A stretch of DNA of 64,000 nt from an uncultured delta proteobacterium (GCA_963695875.1 CAVOID010000009.1:32001-96000), one strand, 5' to 3'; numbered from the stretch's first letter, positions 30,729 to 41,290 are shown. Notes: generated from the sequence alone by a model not told the origin. Numbers and translations: made by a program.

Positions 30729-31082
30729 GTGAAGGGCAAAGAAGACAATATCTCTATAATAAATAGGAACTGCAAAATTGAAGGAATACTGCATATTAAA
30801 GGACATTTAATAATTGAAGGTATCATAGAAGGAACACTTCTGGCTGAGACTGTTTTTACGGAAAAGGATAGCCGTGTAATCGCGAAGATAAATGCAACTT
30901 TCCTAACAATAGCAGGATTTTTTGATGGAGATATTGAAGTAACAGATACTCTTACGCTTTTAAAATCGGCCGATGTAAGAGGTCAAATTAGATGCCATAA
31001 ATTAATTATTGATGAGGGGGGCTCTATAAATGGCAACATAAAATTCATATCACAAGAAAGTTCACATAACAGCCCAATGTAA
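30729..31082 (+). CDS. Bactofilin (polymer-forming cytoskeletal protein)
   Basis: SIINRNCKIEGIL..GHLIIEGIIEG, VRGQIRCHKLIIDEGGSINGNI beta-helix pattern. Confidence 0.9.
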   Translation: MKGKEDNISIINRNCKIEGILHIKGHLIIEGIIEGTLLAETVFTEKDSRVIAKINATFLTIAGFFDGDIEVTDTLTLLKSADVRGQIRCHKLIIDEGGSINGNIKFISQESSHNSPM

Positions 31083-31307
31083 ACGAATCATCAAATATTT
31101 TTTAGAAGACCAATATTTTAGAAACAATATCCACAACTCTTCATGCTCCCTCATTCACTTATCCTCTGCAGCAGTTATCATCGACAGCTTTATCAAATAT
31201 CCCCTTTCATCCCAGTAGCTTAAAAAGTTATGGAAAATTGAATAAAAATAGTGTTATCCTAAAAATGTTTCTTAGATATTGATTGTACCATGCATATGGA
31301 GGTTTGA

Positions 31308-32615
31308 ATGAAAAATATTTTCGATAAGAAAGTGCTTCTGTTATTGTGCTTGTTTACTTCCCTGTTCCTACTCGGCCTTCAGGGAGATTCTCCAGTATCA
31401 GCTGCTCTGGAAAGGGGTATTTACAAGAATCTAAAGACATTCAATGAAGTACTTGACATAGTACAGAAAAACTATGTGGAGGAGATAGAGTCCAAAAAAC
31501 TTATAGAGGGAGCCATTAATGGAATGATGAAATCTCTGGATCCACACAGTACATACATGAGTGCAGATATGTACAAGGAACTGGAGGTAGAAACGCGCGG
31601 GAGTTTTGGTGGTATTGGTATTGAAATTACTATAAAGAAAGATGTCCTAACAGTCGTTTCACCTATCGAGGATACCCCTGCCTTCAATGCAGGTATTAAA
31701 GCAGGTGATCAGATTATACAGATTGACGGAAAATCTACCAAAGATATTACAATAATGGAGGCCGTCAAAAAACTGCGTGGGCCAAAGGATTCAAGAGTTA
31801 CCATCACTATTATGAGGGAAAACATGACCAAACCGAAGGAATTCGTGATTACCCGGGACATTATCAAGATAAAAAGCGTTAAATCAAAAATCTTTGATGA
31901 TCGTATCGGGTATATCAGGGTATCTTCATTCCAGGAAAGAACAGTGGATGATTTGAAAAAAGAAATAAAGGATATCAATGCGAAAGTTGGCGTTATAACG
32001 GGCCTGATCTTAGATCTTAGAAATAATCCCGGCGGTTTATTGAATCAGGCAATAGGAGTCACTGACATCTTTCTGAAATCAGGAATCATTGTTTCCACCA
32101 AAGGAAGGACAAAAAGCATGGAATCCCAATCGGTTGCAAAAGACGATGGTGATGAACCAAAGTGCCCTATGGTTGTTCTGGTTAATGAAGGTACCGCCAG
32201 TGCTTCTGAGATTGTATCCGGAGCACTTCAAGATAACGGGAGAGCTTTGGTGATCGGCACCCAAACTTTCGGAAAAGGGTCCGTACAAACAGTAATTCCT
32301 CTGGAAGAAGGATCTGCCCTGAAACTGACCACAGCAAAATATTACACACCAAATGGACGATCAATACAAGCTGAAGGAATAAAACCAGATATCATTGTAA
32401 AATATATCAGACCCTCTGAAGACAGGGAATTAACGGACGAATTTATCAGGGAGCGGGACCTGAAGGGTCACATAAAGTCAAAAAAAGAACAGGAAACGAA
32501 TACTGAAGAATCTTTAAGAAGAGAGCAGGACATTTTAATACAGGACAATCAGCTGAAAAGTGCCATAGATATCATCAAAAGTTGGGATATTATGAAAAAG
32601 AACTTGAAAAGCTGA
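31308..32615 (+). CDS. ctpA: Carboxyl-terminal processing protease, S41 family
   Basis: LDPHS, GGIGIE PDZ, DLRNNPGGLL, TASASEIV, TFGKGSVQ. Confidence 0.95.
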   Translation: MKNIFDKKVLLLLCLFTSLFLLGLQGDSPVSAALERGIYKNLKTFNEVLDIVQKNYVEEIESKKLIEGAINGMMKSLDPHSTYMSADMYKELEVETRGSFGGIGIEITIKKDVLTVVSPIEDTPAFNAGIKAGDQIIQIDGKSTKDITIMEAVKKLRGPKDSRVTITIMRENMTKPKEFVITRDIIKIKSVKSKIFDDRIGYIRVSSFQERTVDDLKKEIKDINAKVGVITGLILDLRNNPGGLLNQAIGVTDIFLKSGIIVSTKGRTKSMESQSVAKDDGDEPKCPMVVLVNEGTASASEIVSGALQDNGRALVIGTQTFGKGSVQTVIPLEEGSALKLTTAKYYTPNGRSIQAEGIKPDIIVKYIRPSEDRELTDEFIRERDLKGHIKSKKEQETNTEESLRREQDILIQDNQLKSAIDIIKSWDIMKKNLKS

Positions 32616-32640
32616 CTTGTAACATAATCCTTGTAAGCCA

Positions 32641-33523
32641 ATGATAAGAATGGCGGGAAAAGGAGGGTGGGCAGGGTTTGTAATAATTTTATCAGTTATC
32701 AGAGCTGTTTTTATGCTTTATATTCATAAAGCTTCGTACCGAGAGGTGACAGAACAAAAGCATTCTCTAAAAAAGAAACAGCGGAACGTTCTAAAAGAAG
32801 CTCCCGTAAGTGTTTTGTCTGAAAAGAATGAAACAGATATAACAGTCCATAACGATAAAATAACCTCCGCAAGAAAAAGGAGCACCATTGTAATAGATGA
32901 CGTCGATTATGATCTATCGCCATTGCATGAACTTTTTACAATAGATGCCCTTCCAACCTTTGCCATCCTCCTTGGCTATGCACATTCCGTAGACGCCGTA
33001 AATATTTTACGTAGTTCGAAGAGAGAAATCCTTATACACCTATCAATGGAACCGTATAATCACCCGGATGAACAAACTGACGTGCGGAGCTATCTTGTTG
33101 TGTATGAGCGATCATCAAATCAGAAAAGCGTCGGAATAAGATATTGATGCAATTATTTATGCCTCTAATATACAGTGGGTTCTAAGTTCATGGAGTATGA
33201 TTCGAAACCAACTGTTGTATTTACTCACCTTAGAGAAAGAAATTTTTATTATAGACAGCCGAACAAGTGAGCTTGTACGGGCCCGGAAGTTGCAAGAAAC
33301 CTAAACTGCGCTTTATCTTGAGAAAGGTATTCGTTGACTATAACCATGATTAGATGACAACTTCTCAAAATCTGTCAAATTTCATCAGCAGGGGGTCCCT
33401 TCAAAAATTAGAAGTCTAACAATGATCGGATGTCCTTATGCGGAAATTATTGACACGTTGTGAAGAGACCTTACCTACTCTGCTGATGGCACTGATGTCA
33501 TGCCTGCATCCTCTTCACTTTAG
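32641..33523 (+). pseudogene. Decayed divergent polysaccharide deacetylase (YibQ-type)
   Basis: Degenerate motifs IVIDDVDY, ILIHLSMEP, GSKFME, IDSRTS, RKVFVD, IGCPYAE scattered over several frames with stops; usual position after ctpA. Confidence 0.8.
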
Positions 33524-33603
33524 TGAGTTACAAGGCTGTTAACGATCAACCGTTCAGTATCAGTTATGCGGAGTTCTTGCTGACAGAAGATCGGGCGGCA
33601 CAA

Positions 33604-35118
33604 ATGAATAATATGAGGAACAAATTGAACAAGAAATGTTTGATGATCATAATTTTATGGTTTCTTACCGGGTGCGTGTTTTATCCGGCCAAGGGGAAAG
33701 ATATGGCTGTCCTGATGGGGAAAGAGATGCCATCATCCGACTCGACATATCATTACTCTCTCGGCGTTTTGCGCATTCTTGATGAAAATCTTGATGAAGC
33801 CATAAATGAATATGAAAAAGCCTTGAGTTATGATCCTCAATCTCCATACCTTACATCGGAACTTATATCCCTTTACATTGAAAAAGGCGAGATACAAAAG
33901 GCCATCACACTTAGTAAAAAAACTCTGATTAACAACCCAGGCAATATAAATGCCCACCTTCTCCTGGGCGGGCTGTACCTGAATATGAAAGATTATAAAA
34001 ATGCCATTGATGAATACGAGAGAGTAATTAAGATCGATCCAAGAAATACAGTTTCCTATTTATATCTCGGCACCATCTATGCGGAAAACAAAAACTATGG
34101 AAAGGCCTTCCAGGCCTTTAATAATCTGATCAGTATCAATCCCGACCATCTCATGGGTAATTATTACCTAGCCAAAATGTTAACTGAAATGAAACGCTAC
34201 GAAGATGCAGAACAACGCTTCAAAAAGACGCTTGTCATAAAACCTACCTTTGAGCCAGCACTAATCGATTTAGGACTTTTATATCTTGAAAAAGGTAAGC
34301 ATGACCAGGCTATTGATGAATTTTCTACTTTACTAAGAAATAATCCTAATGATCACAGGGCCAGATATTTGCTGGCCTCAACGTTTGAAGATAAGAAGGA
34401 GCACAATAAGGCTATTGAAGAATTTAAGATGATCCCGGTGGATTCAGAACTTTACGGATACGCACGGATTAATATAGGAACGATTCTGAAAAAGGGGGGC
34501 AGGATTGATGAGGCAATAGAATTAATGAAAACGGCCATTCATAACAATAAGAAGATGCCCGGCCTTTACGTTTATCTTTCCTCCCTTTATGAGGAAAGCA
34601 AAAAACTTTCATCCACTGAAGAAATATTAAAAGAAGGACTCCTAGTATCGCCACAGAGCATTGACCTGCATTATAGTCTTGGTGTTCTTTATGAAAAGAC
34701 GAACCGTTTTGAGGAGAGCATTAATGAAATGGAGTTAGTTTTGAAAATCGACCCCGATAACGCAGAAGCTCTTAATTTCATAGGTTATACGTTTGCCGAA
34801 AAGGGCATACATCTTGACGAAGCAGAGAAGATGATTAAGAAAGCTCTCTATTTGAAACCAGGCAATGGCTATATGATTGACAGCCTTGGCTGGGTATATT
34901 TTAGACAAAGTAGAACTGATCTGGCTATAAAATATCTAAAAGAGGCATTCACCATTACACCAAACGACGCAACTATTGCCGAACACTTAGGTGATGCCTA
35001 TAGAAAGGCAGGCAGAGTCACTGAGGCAATTGAAATATACAAACGGGCATTGAAATTGAATCCCAATAATAATCTGCAAAAAAAGATAGATGAACTCATA
35101 AAAGAAAAAAGACCGTGA
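33604..35118 (+). CDS. TPR-repeat lipoprotein
   Basis: Lipobox FLTGC; TPRs ending in ALNFIGYTFAE...DSLGWVYF...IAEHLGDAY. Confidence 0.88.
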   Translation: MNNMRNKLNKKCLMIIILWFLTGCVFYPAKGKDMAVLMGKEMPSSDSTYHYSLGVLRILDENLDEAINEYEKALSYDPQSPYLTSELISLYIEKGEIQKAITLSKKTLINNPGNINAHLLLGGLYLNMKDYKNAIDEYERVIKIDPRNTVSYLYLGTIYAENKNYGKAFQAFNNLISINPDHLMGNYYLAKMLTEMKRYEDAEQRFKKTLVIKPTFEPALIDLGLLYLEKGKHDQAIDEFSTLLRNNPNDHRARYLLASTFEDKKEHNKAIEEFKMIPVDSELYGYARINIGTILKKGGRIDEAIELMKTAIHNNKKMPGLYVYLSSLYEESKKLSSTEEILKEGLLVSPQSIDLHYSLGVLYEKTNRFEESINEMELVLKIDPDNAEALNFIGYTFAEKGIHLDEAEKMIKKALYLKPGNGYMIDSLGWVYFRQSRTDLAIKYLKEAFTITPNDATIAEHLGDAYRKAGRVTEAIEIYKRALKLNPNNNLQKKIDELIKEKRP

Positions 35119-35930
35119 TGATTAAGATATTGCCATCCATTTTTTTCGTCCTATCATTTTTTTTTATTTTTCCAGGATGTAGCATAAAGCAAACGTTACT
35201 ATTTAACAAATTCTCAAAAGATGACTTACCCTCTCCTCATGTAATCCTGGAAGAGGTTGACCGGGATGATCACCGCAAAAACACGCTGAAAGCCATTGCA
35301 CATGTTGAAGTGAATACTTCTGAGGGGAGATACCCGCTGAAAGTTGCCGTGATGCTGAAAAGACCATCCTCACTGAGATTAGAGGTAATACCTTTCATAG
35401 GCTCACCGAATCTCCTCTTAACTGTTCATGAAAAGTTGTTGAAGGTTTTTCTGCCACAGAAAGGTGAATTTTACATTGGGCAGGCGACGACAAAAAATTT
35501 GGGACGTTTCTTACCTATCTTTACTAAGGGACTTCAGGTAGAAGACATCACGTCTATCCTCCTCGGTACACATTCTAATATAATAGGAAAAGCTATTACT
35601 CTGAATGGTTCTGCCGAAGACGACCTTTATCACATTGACGTACTATCTGAAAACAGAAAAATTCTCTCCATATGGATAGATATGGAATACCATATGGTAA
35701 TGGTCGAATCATTTGCCCGTGATAGCTCCCGACTCTATAGCGCCAGATATATGGAGCACAACAGCATTGGAAGTGTAACCATGCCCCAGAAGGTTATGAT
35801 TGTAACGGGAGATGACGATAATGAAAACATTATAATTCGTTACTCCGATATGGAGGTAGCAACAGGGATTGATGTAACTCAGTTTGATCTTCAACCACCT
35901 CCTGGCATCAGACCTGTTTATCTGGACTGA
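35115..35930 (+). CDS. LolB/DUF4292-like lipoprotein
   Basis: Lipobox FPGC; KRPSSLRLE, C-terminal FDLQPPPG; coupled to the TPR gene. Confidence 0.6.
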   Translation: MMIKILPSIFFVLSFFFIFPGCSIKQTLLFNKFSKDDLPSPHVILEEVDRDDHRKNTLKAIAHVEVNTSEGRYPLKVAVMLKRPSSLRLEVIPFIGSPNLLLTVHEKLLKVFLPQKGEFYIGQATTKNLGRFLPIFTKGLQVEDITSILLGTHSNIIGKAITLNGSAEDDLYHIDVLSENRKILSIWIDMEYHMVMVESFARDSSRLYSARYMEHNSIGSVTMPQKVMIVTGDDDNENIIIRYSDMEVATGIDVTQFDLQPPPGIRPVYLD

Positions 35931-35975
35931 TACATTAAGAAACTACAAGAGGTATGAAGAACTCGTTCTAATCTG

Positions 35976-36785
35976 TCACTTTATTTCAACTAACTTTTCC
36001 CTTGCTATTCTTGCCTGGTTGGTGTTGGGGTAATTCTTTATTATCTGCTGAAGAATCAGTCTCGCACTTGACTTGTCACCGAGATTTAGAAAAGAGAATC
36101 CCTGTTTTAACAAAGCATACGGAACCTTATTACCCTTTGGGTAGTTTTTGACCACTTTTTCATATTCTACGATAGCCTTTTCATATTTATTATCAAAATA
36201 ATAACACTCCCCTATCCAGAATTGAGCATTATCGGAATATTCTGTGTCAGGATACTGCTTCAGAAAATTTTGAAACTCCACCCTGGCTTTTTCATACTTT
36301 CCTTCCTTAAAAGTTTCATAGGCTAATGCATATATTGATTCCTTGTCCGTTTTCCCTTTCACGGCATTTTTTGTGGCGATCCTTCCTGTTTTATCACTCT
36401 CAGAGTGGTTCTCCTTTTTTCCAATATCGAGAAAGTTTTCTATAAAATTTATCTTAAATGATACATTATCCAGCTTTTCTCTTATTTCCTTCAGTACTGA
36501 GATGTCCTTTTTTAATCCTTCAGTAATCCCTTTCAAGCTCTGGATGCTGTCTTTCATTTCATTGATATTGGCATTGATTTCAGCCTGACTTTTTCGTAAA
36601 GCGGCTGTCGATTCATTCAGCTTTTCAACATCCTTTCGGACACCTGTATTATCCTCTTTTAAAGTCAGGACTTTCCGATCGATATCTCCCTGAACCCGCC
36701 GAAGATCACCTGTTGAGGCACATCCCGCAGTGAATGTGAAATACGCGAGCAACAGCAAGGGTACATATTTTTTCAATCGTTCCAT
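35976..36785 (-). CDS. cpoB: Tol-Pal system protein CpoB/YbgF
   Basis: Lipobox TAGC, coiled coil, NAQFWIGECYY, KVPYALLKQG; follows pal. Confidence 0.92.
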   Translation of the reverse strand: MERLKKYVPLLLLAYFTFTAGCASTGDLRRVQGDIDRKVLTLKEDNTGVRKDVEKLNESTAALRKSQAEINANINEMKDSIQSLKGITEGLKKDISVLKEIREKLDNVSFKINFIENFLDIGKKENHSESDKTGRIATKNAVKGKTDKESIYALAYETFKEGKYEKARVEFQNFLKQYPDTEYSDNAQFWIGECYYFDNKYEKAIVEYEKVVKNYPKGNKVPYALLKQGFSFLNLGDKSSARLILQQIIKNYPNTNQARIAREKLVEIK

Positions 36786-36800
36786 CTCCCAATCATGTCG

Positions 36801-37361
36801 CTATTTCTTAGGCGTCACGACAAAATGGTCTCTCCTGTTTTTTGCCCAAGCTTCTTCGTTGTGTCCCGGATCCAAGGGTCTTTCCTTACCATAACTTATC
36901 GTTTTTAACCTTTTCCCATCAATCCCAAGTTCAACAAGATATTTCATGGCTTCCTTTGCGCGTCTTTCGCCAAGCGCAAGGTTGTACTCAGTCGTTCCTC
37001 TTTCATCACAATTTCCTTCAATGAGCACATCATAATTCTTGTTTTTAGTGAGCCAATCTGCGAGCTGTTTAAGAATGTCCCTGGCTTCAGTCCTGAGATT
37101 GAATTTATCAAATTCAAACTGAATATCTTTAAACGCGATTTCCTCTTTTGCGGAAACCGCCTTCTCTTGCGTTGCTTCTGTCTCAACACCTGTCTTCATT
37201 TCCGCTTCTTTTGAGGGAGGTTCTTCTTTCTTAACGGCTTTCTCTTCAGTGGAGACCGCCTGTTCTTTTACAAGCGACTTTTTGGCACATCCGGTCATAA
37301 ACATAATCGAAAGGCACAGTACTAAACCAATTATCCCTAATATTTTAAAATTCCTTTTCAT
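36801..37361 (-). CDS. pal: Peptidoglycan-associated lipoprotein Pal (start ATG 37361)
   Basis: Lipobox MTGC; IEGNCDERGTTEYNLALGERRA; AWAKNRR. Confidence 0.96.
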   Translation of the reverse strand: MKRNFKILGIIGLVLCLSIMFMTGCAKKSLVKEQAVSTEEKAVKKEEPPSKEAEMKTGVETEATQEKAVSAKEEIAFKDIQFEFDKFNLRTEARDILKQLADWLTKNKNYDVLIEGNCDERGTTEYNLALGERRAKEAMKYLVELGIDGKRLKTISYGKERPLDPGHNEEAWAKNRRDHFVVTPKK

Positions 37362-37627
37362 TATGCTATCTCCTTTCTCAATTGGTTGAAAATCGGGTAT
37401 TACTAATTTAAAACCTTCTAAACCACAAACCAACTCAAAGGTCAATCACAAAAATTCCAAGTTTTACTTTTTTGCATTCACAACAAATAGTTACATTTCC
37501 ACGCACATAGTTACATCAGAGTCTCTTATAATAAAGATTAATTCTGAAGAGAGGATTTACTGCATGACAAGTCATTATTTTCAGAAAGACCGGCTCATCA
37601 GTTTGCAAGAGATCTTTTTTGTCATGC

Positions 37628-38968
37628 TCATTTCTTCCTAGGTGACCAGGAGGGGCTGATACAGCCACTGACATTTTCATACAATATCCTCATGTTTGAT
37701 CCATTTGCATTCATTACATAAATTCTATGTTTACCGTTTCCCCTTGAACTGAATACCAAATATCTACCATCCGGAGACCACGAAGGGGATTCATGGTTCA
37801 TGTTGTCAAAAGTGAGTTGCAACGGATTGCTGCCATCCTCATTGACAGAAAATATTTGGAAGCGGCTGTTAATCAACCCTTCATAAGCAATTCTGTCACC
37901 CCTTGGCGACCAGGATGGAGACGTATTATAATTTCCATCGTAAGTAAGTCTTTTAACATTGTTCCCGTCGGCATCCATTATGTATATTTGAGGCGAACCG
38001 GAACGATTCGAAACAAAAGCAATTTTCCGGTTATCAGGTGACCAGGTAGGGGAGACATCGATGGCAAAATTCTTGGTGAGACGCTTAAGATTCCTATTAT
38101 TGATATCCATAATATAAAGATTTTCATTGCCATCCTTGCTTAGGGTTAACAATAGCTTTTTGCCATCATTCGACCAGGAACCAGACAGATTGATCCCTTC
38201 AAAACCTGCAACCTTCTCAGCCTTTGCACTATTAATGGCTTTTATATAGAGATCAGGATTTCCATCCTTATAAGATGTAAATGAAATATATTTACCGTCA
38301 GGTGACCAGCGTGGCGACAGGGTCAGAGACTGGTGATTAGTAACTCTGGCGAGATCGGTCCCATCGAAGTTGATGGTATAGATACTTGAAGTTTGGCCCT
38401 TCTTCAGTACAAACGCAATCTTTGTGTCAAATACACCTTTATCCCCTGTCAGAGCATAAAGAATTTCACCTGCAAACTTGCGCACCATTTCGCTCTTGTC
38501 CTCAATCGTTCCAGTGTATCGTTTGGCGGTGATTACTTCTCCCTTTATTACATCATAAAGACGAAATTCGGTAACAAGTTCCTTGCCGCTATATAGGTAA
38601 GAACCTTTTACCAGGTATTCTGCTCCAATGGCAGTCCAGTCAGCAAACCTGATACCCTCCGCCGTTGAACCAGTCTGTTTTTGATTTTCAAGAAAAGCAT
38701 TTTTGCTTATTATGTTAAAGAATCCTGTCATATTCAGATATTTTGCTAGGTTATCGGAAAACCAGATTGAGAGGTCGAGTTGACGACTTTCCTCACCCGC
38801 TCTCTTAAAATCTGTGATGGCAATGGGAAATTTTTGAAAGGCAGGAGAATTGATGTCTATATACACCTTGCCGAAGGCGCTGAAGTCCGCACATAGTAGG
38901 ATGAGTAATATATACACCGAGCACACAATCAATTTTAAAAAACATCTGCTGATTCTATCGTTGTGCAT
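37628..38968 (-). CDS. tolB: TolB
   Basis: PD40/WD40-like repeats (SPRWSPDG, SPTWSPD); FDTKIAFV. Confidence 0.95.
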   Translation of the reverse strand: MHNDRISRCFLKLIVCSVYILLILLCADFSAFGKVYIDINSPAFQKFPIAITDFKRAGEESRQLDLSIWFSDNLAKYLNMTGFFNIISKNAFLENQKQTGSTAEGIRFADWTAIGAEYLVKGSYLYSGKELVTEFRLYDVIKGEVITAKRYTGTIEDKSEMVRKFAGEILYALTGDKGVFDTKIAFVLKKGQTSSIYTINFDGTDLARVTNHQSLTLSPRWSPDGKYISFTSYKDGNPDLYIKAINSAKAEKVAGFEGINLSGSWSNDGKKLLLTLSKDGNENLYIMDINNRNLKRLTKNFAIDVSPTWSPDNRKIAFVSNRSGSPQIYIMDADGNNVKRLTYDGNYNTSPSWSPRGDRIAYEGLINSRFQIFSVNEDGSNPLQLTFDNMNHESPSWSPDGRYLVFSSRGNGKHRIYVMNANGSNMRILYENVSGCISPSWSPRKK

Positions 38969-39011
38969 AATTGTAATAAAAAACCCTTTATTTACAGTTC
39001 TTCAAATTTTT

Positions 39012-39725
39012 TTATCTGAATTCCGATGAATGGAACCTGATGCCCACAGCGATGCTGTTATCTTTAATCCATTGTGGCAGAGGAGGAAAAGGACTTGCTT
39101 TTTTTATAGCCTTCATTGCTGATTCATCAAAATATCGATTACCCGAATGTTTTTCAAAGCTCATATCTGCCACAGCACCATTCTTTAGTATCCTCGCCTG
39201 GATAATGGCTTCGATATTTGCCTTTGGTAATATACCCTGAGGTAATGCCCATTTCCCCTTGATTCTGGACCAGATTGATGTGTAATACGCGTTCATCTCT
39301 CCACCAGATTCCGCATTATCCATCCGGTCTGATTGTGCTTGCGAATTAGGCGCACTTGCCGAAGAACCCACCTTCTTTCTAATATCATCGATTGCTCTAT
39401 CAACATTACTACTCTGTTTTTTTTTAACATCAATTCTTTTAATCGGGACAGATGAAATGGTATCAATGCGCTTTTTCAAAACGGAAGAATGATCATTGGG
39501 AATTGTTTCACTGATTGATCTCGAAAACGCTGTTGCCGCTTTTTGCGCTTGTAAAAATTCAGAGGAACCAATCAGATTCACGGAATAAACAGGACCGAAG
39601 GTCCAGCTTGGAGAGGGAAGCGAAGGTGAAAAGAAAATAATAGTCAGCACAATGGTATGAATTAATAGAGATATAAAAATCATCCTATTGAAGCTGATAT
39701 CATTGCCATCTTGCTCCTGTATCAT
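39012..39725 (-). CDS. tolA: TolA/TonB-family energy transducer
   Basis: TM with SLLIH (SHLS-type motif); C-terminal SGNRYFDESAMKAIKKASPFPPLP; located between tolR and tolB. Confidence 0.85.
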   Translation of the reverse strand: MIQEQDGNDISFNRMIFISLLIHTIVLTIIFFSPSLPSPSWTFGPVYSVNLIGSSEFLQAQKAATAFSRSISETIPNDHSSVLKKRIDTISSVPIKRIDVKKKQSSNVDRAIDDIRKKVGSSASAPNSQAQSDRMDNAESGGEMNAYYTSIWSRIKGKWALPQGILPKANIEAIIQARILKNGAVADMSFEKHSGNRYFDESAMKAIKKASPFPPLPQWIKDNSIAVGIRFHSSEFR

Positions 39726-39745
39726 CCTGCATCATCCTGGATATG

Positions 39746-40169
39746 TCATCTTGATTCATTTGGTGGTTCTGTGATCATCCCCAGTCTATCAACACCGGCT
39801 TTTCTAACTGCGGACATCACTTCAACCACAAACCCATAAGGAACATTCTTGTCAGCCCGCATAAAAACTTCTCTATCAATCCTGTTGGCAAATATACTTT
39901 CCAGTTTTGCACCGAGATCAGTAATAGATGTCTTATTCTTGTTTATATATATCTCTTTTCCACTGTTAATCGTCAGTATAAGTTTTTCCTCTGTCACATC
40001 AATACTCTTAGACTTAACACGGGGAAGATTTACATCTATACCCATCTGAAGCATCGGGGCTGTTACCATAAATATTATCAATAAGCACCAGAACGACATC
40101 GACAAGAGGGGTGACATTGATATCGGCTATAAGCTTGCTTTCATTATTACGTTTTCTTCCGGATCTCAT
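39746..40169 (-). CDS. tolR: TolR (frameshift ~40085; start ATG 40169)
   Basis: IADINVTPLVDVVLVL joins LIIFMVTAPML; RADKNVPYG. Confidence 0.93.
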
Positions 40170-40176
40170 AAATGCT

Positions 40177-40926
40177 CTATTTTTTCACATAGTATCGTTC
40201 AATGATATTTAATACTTCGGAAGCAAAGTTGTCCATTTCCATGGAGATATTCTTGACCGTATTGAGGTAATAGTTATAAAAAATGACAGCCGGTATGGCA
40301 GCGGCAAGACCTGCAGCCGTAGCTATAAGCGCCTCGGAAATGCCCGGTGCTACAACTGCCAGGGTTGCTGAGCCTCTTGTACCTATGCCCCTGAATGTAT
40401 CCATAATACCCCAGACTGTTCCAAACAGACCGATAAATGGTGATGCACTTCCCGTTGTTGCCAAGAATCCGAGAGTACTTTCAAGTTTTGTTGTCTCAGA
40501 GCTGCATGCCCTATTTAAGGCTCTCTCGACATTATCTATACCTTTCATCTCCAGTTGAGGCAGAGATGATTCATCTGTTTCTTTAGCTGATGTTGACCCC
40601 CTAATAGCCTTTGTTATCTTGACCAGTTCCGCGTAGCCGGCCTGAAATACTTCGGCAATACACGAGTGTTTGTATTTTTTGGCTTCAGGAAAAATATCAG
40701 AGATCTTATTACTCTTCATATAGACATCTAAGAACATATCATTTTCCCTTTTTACTTTTTTAATTTTTCTATATTTCATAAAAATTATAGCCCATGAAAC
40801 CACAGAAAAAAAGAGCAGCAACAACAGAACAAATTTCACCATCAATCCCGCATCCAGGATCATGTTAAGAAGACTCCCATGGAAATGTCCTCCAAGGCTC
40901 CCAGTAACAGAAGATATCTCTTTCAC
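40177..40926 (-). CDS. tolQ: TolQ
   Basis: FLATTGSASPFIGLFGTVWGIM, APGISEALIATAAGL. Confidence 0.95.
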   Translation of the reverse strand: MKEISSVTGSLGGHFHGSLLNMILDAGLMVKFVLLLLLFFSVVSWAIIFMKYRKIKKVKRENDMFLDVYMKSNKISDIFPEAKKYKHSCIAEVFQAGYAELVKITKAIRGSTSAKETDESSLPQLEMKGIDNVERALNRACSSETTKLESTLGFLATTGSASPFIGLFGTVWGIMDTFRGIGTRGSATLAVVAPGISEALIATAAGLAAAIPAVIFYNYYLNTVKNISMEMDNFASEVLNIIERYYVKK

Positions 40927-40965
40927 TTTATTTCTCCTAAATTAATCATTAACGGAATTAACTGC

Positions 40966-41172
40966 AACGGCTCTGTAAGAATTCGACATGCTGTATTTGC
41001 GTTTCATTCTTCCCTGTATCAAATACGGCGCAGGCTCTGCAGTGCATGGTCTATATACGCTTCATTCCCCTGGTGAGTTTATCCTGAGTCTGTCAAAGGA
41101 GACAACTTGCTTCTGGACTATTTACGAAGCCGTCTTTTTTTACCTGAATTTGCGACTTTTTACAAGGTCATT
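40966..41172. repeat. Composite palindromic (REP/MITE-like) repeat upstream of tolQ
   Basis: Degenerate terminal inverted repeats aacggctctgtaagaattcg / ggactatttacgaagccgtc (13/20 complementary), small internal motifs, and a second right-end copy gactttttacaaggtcatt. Confidence 0.55.
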
Positions 41173-41290
41173 AGCTGTAATGGAAAAAAGCAGTCTTGTC
41201 AATAGATTTACGATAAAGACTTTGCAAGAGGGTCCTCGAGAACAATCAACTTTTGAAGGACATAATTAACAGAATATAGAACGGCGAGAA

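Noticed and set aside
40988..41269. 93-aa ORF upstream of tolQ
   Set aside because: Runs through the composite repeat; no protein-family features
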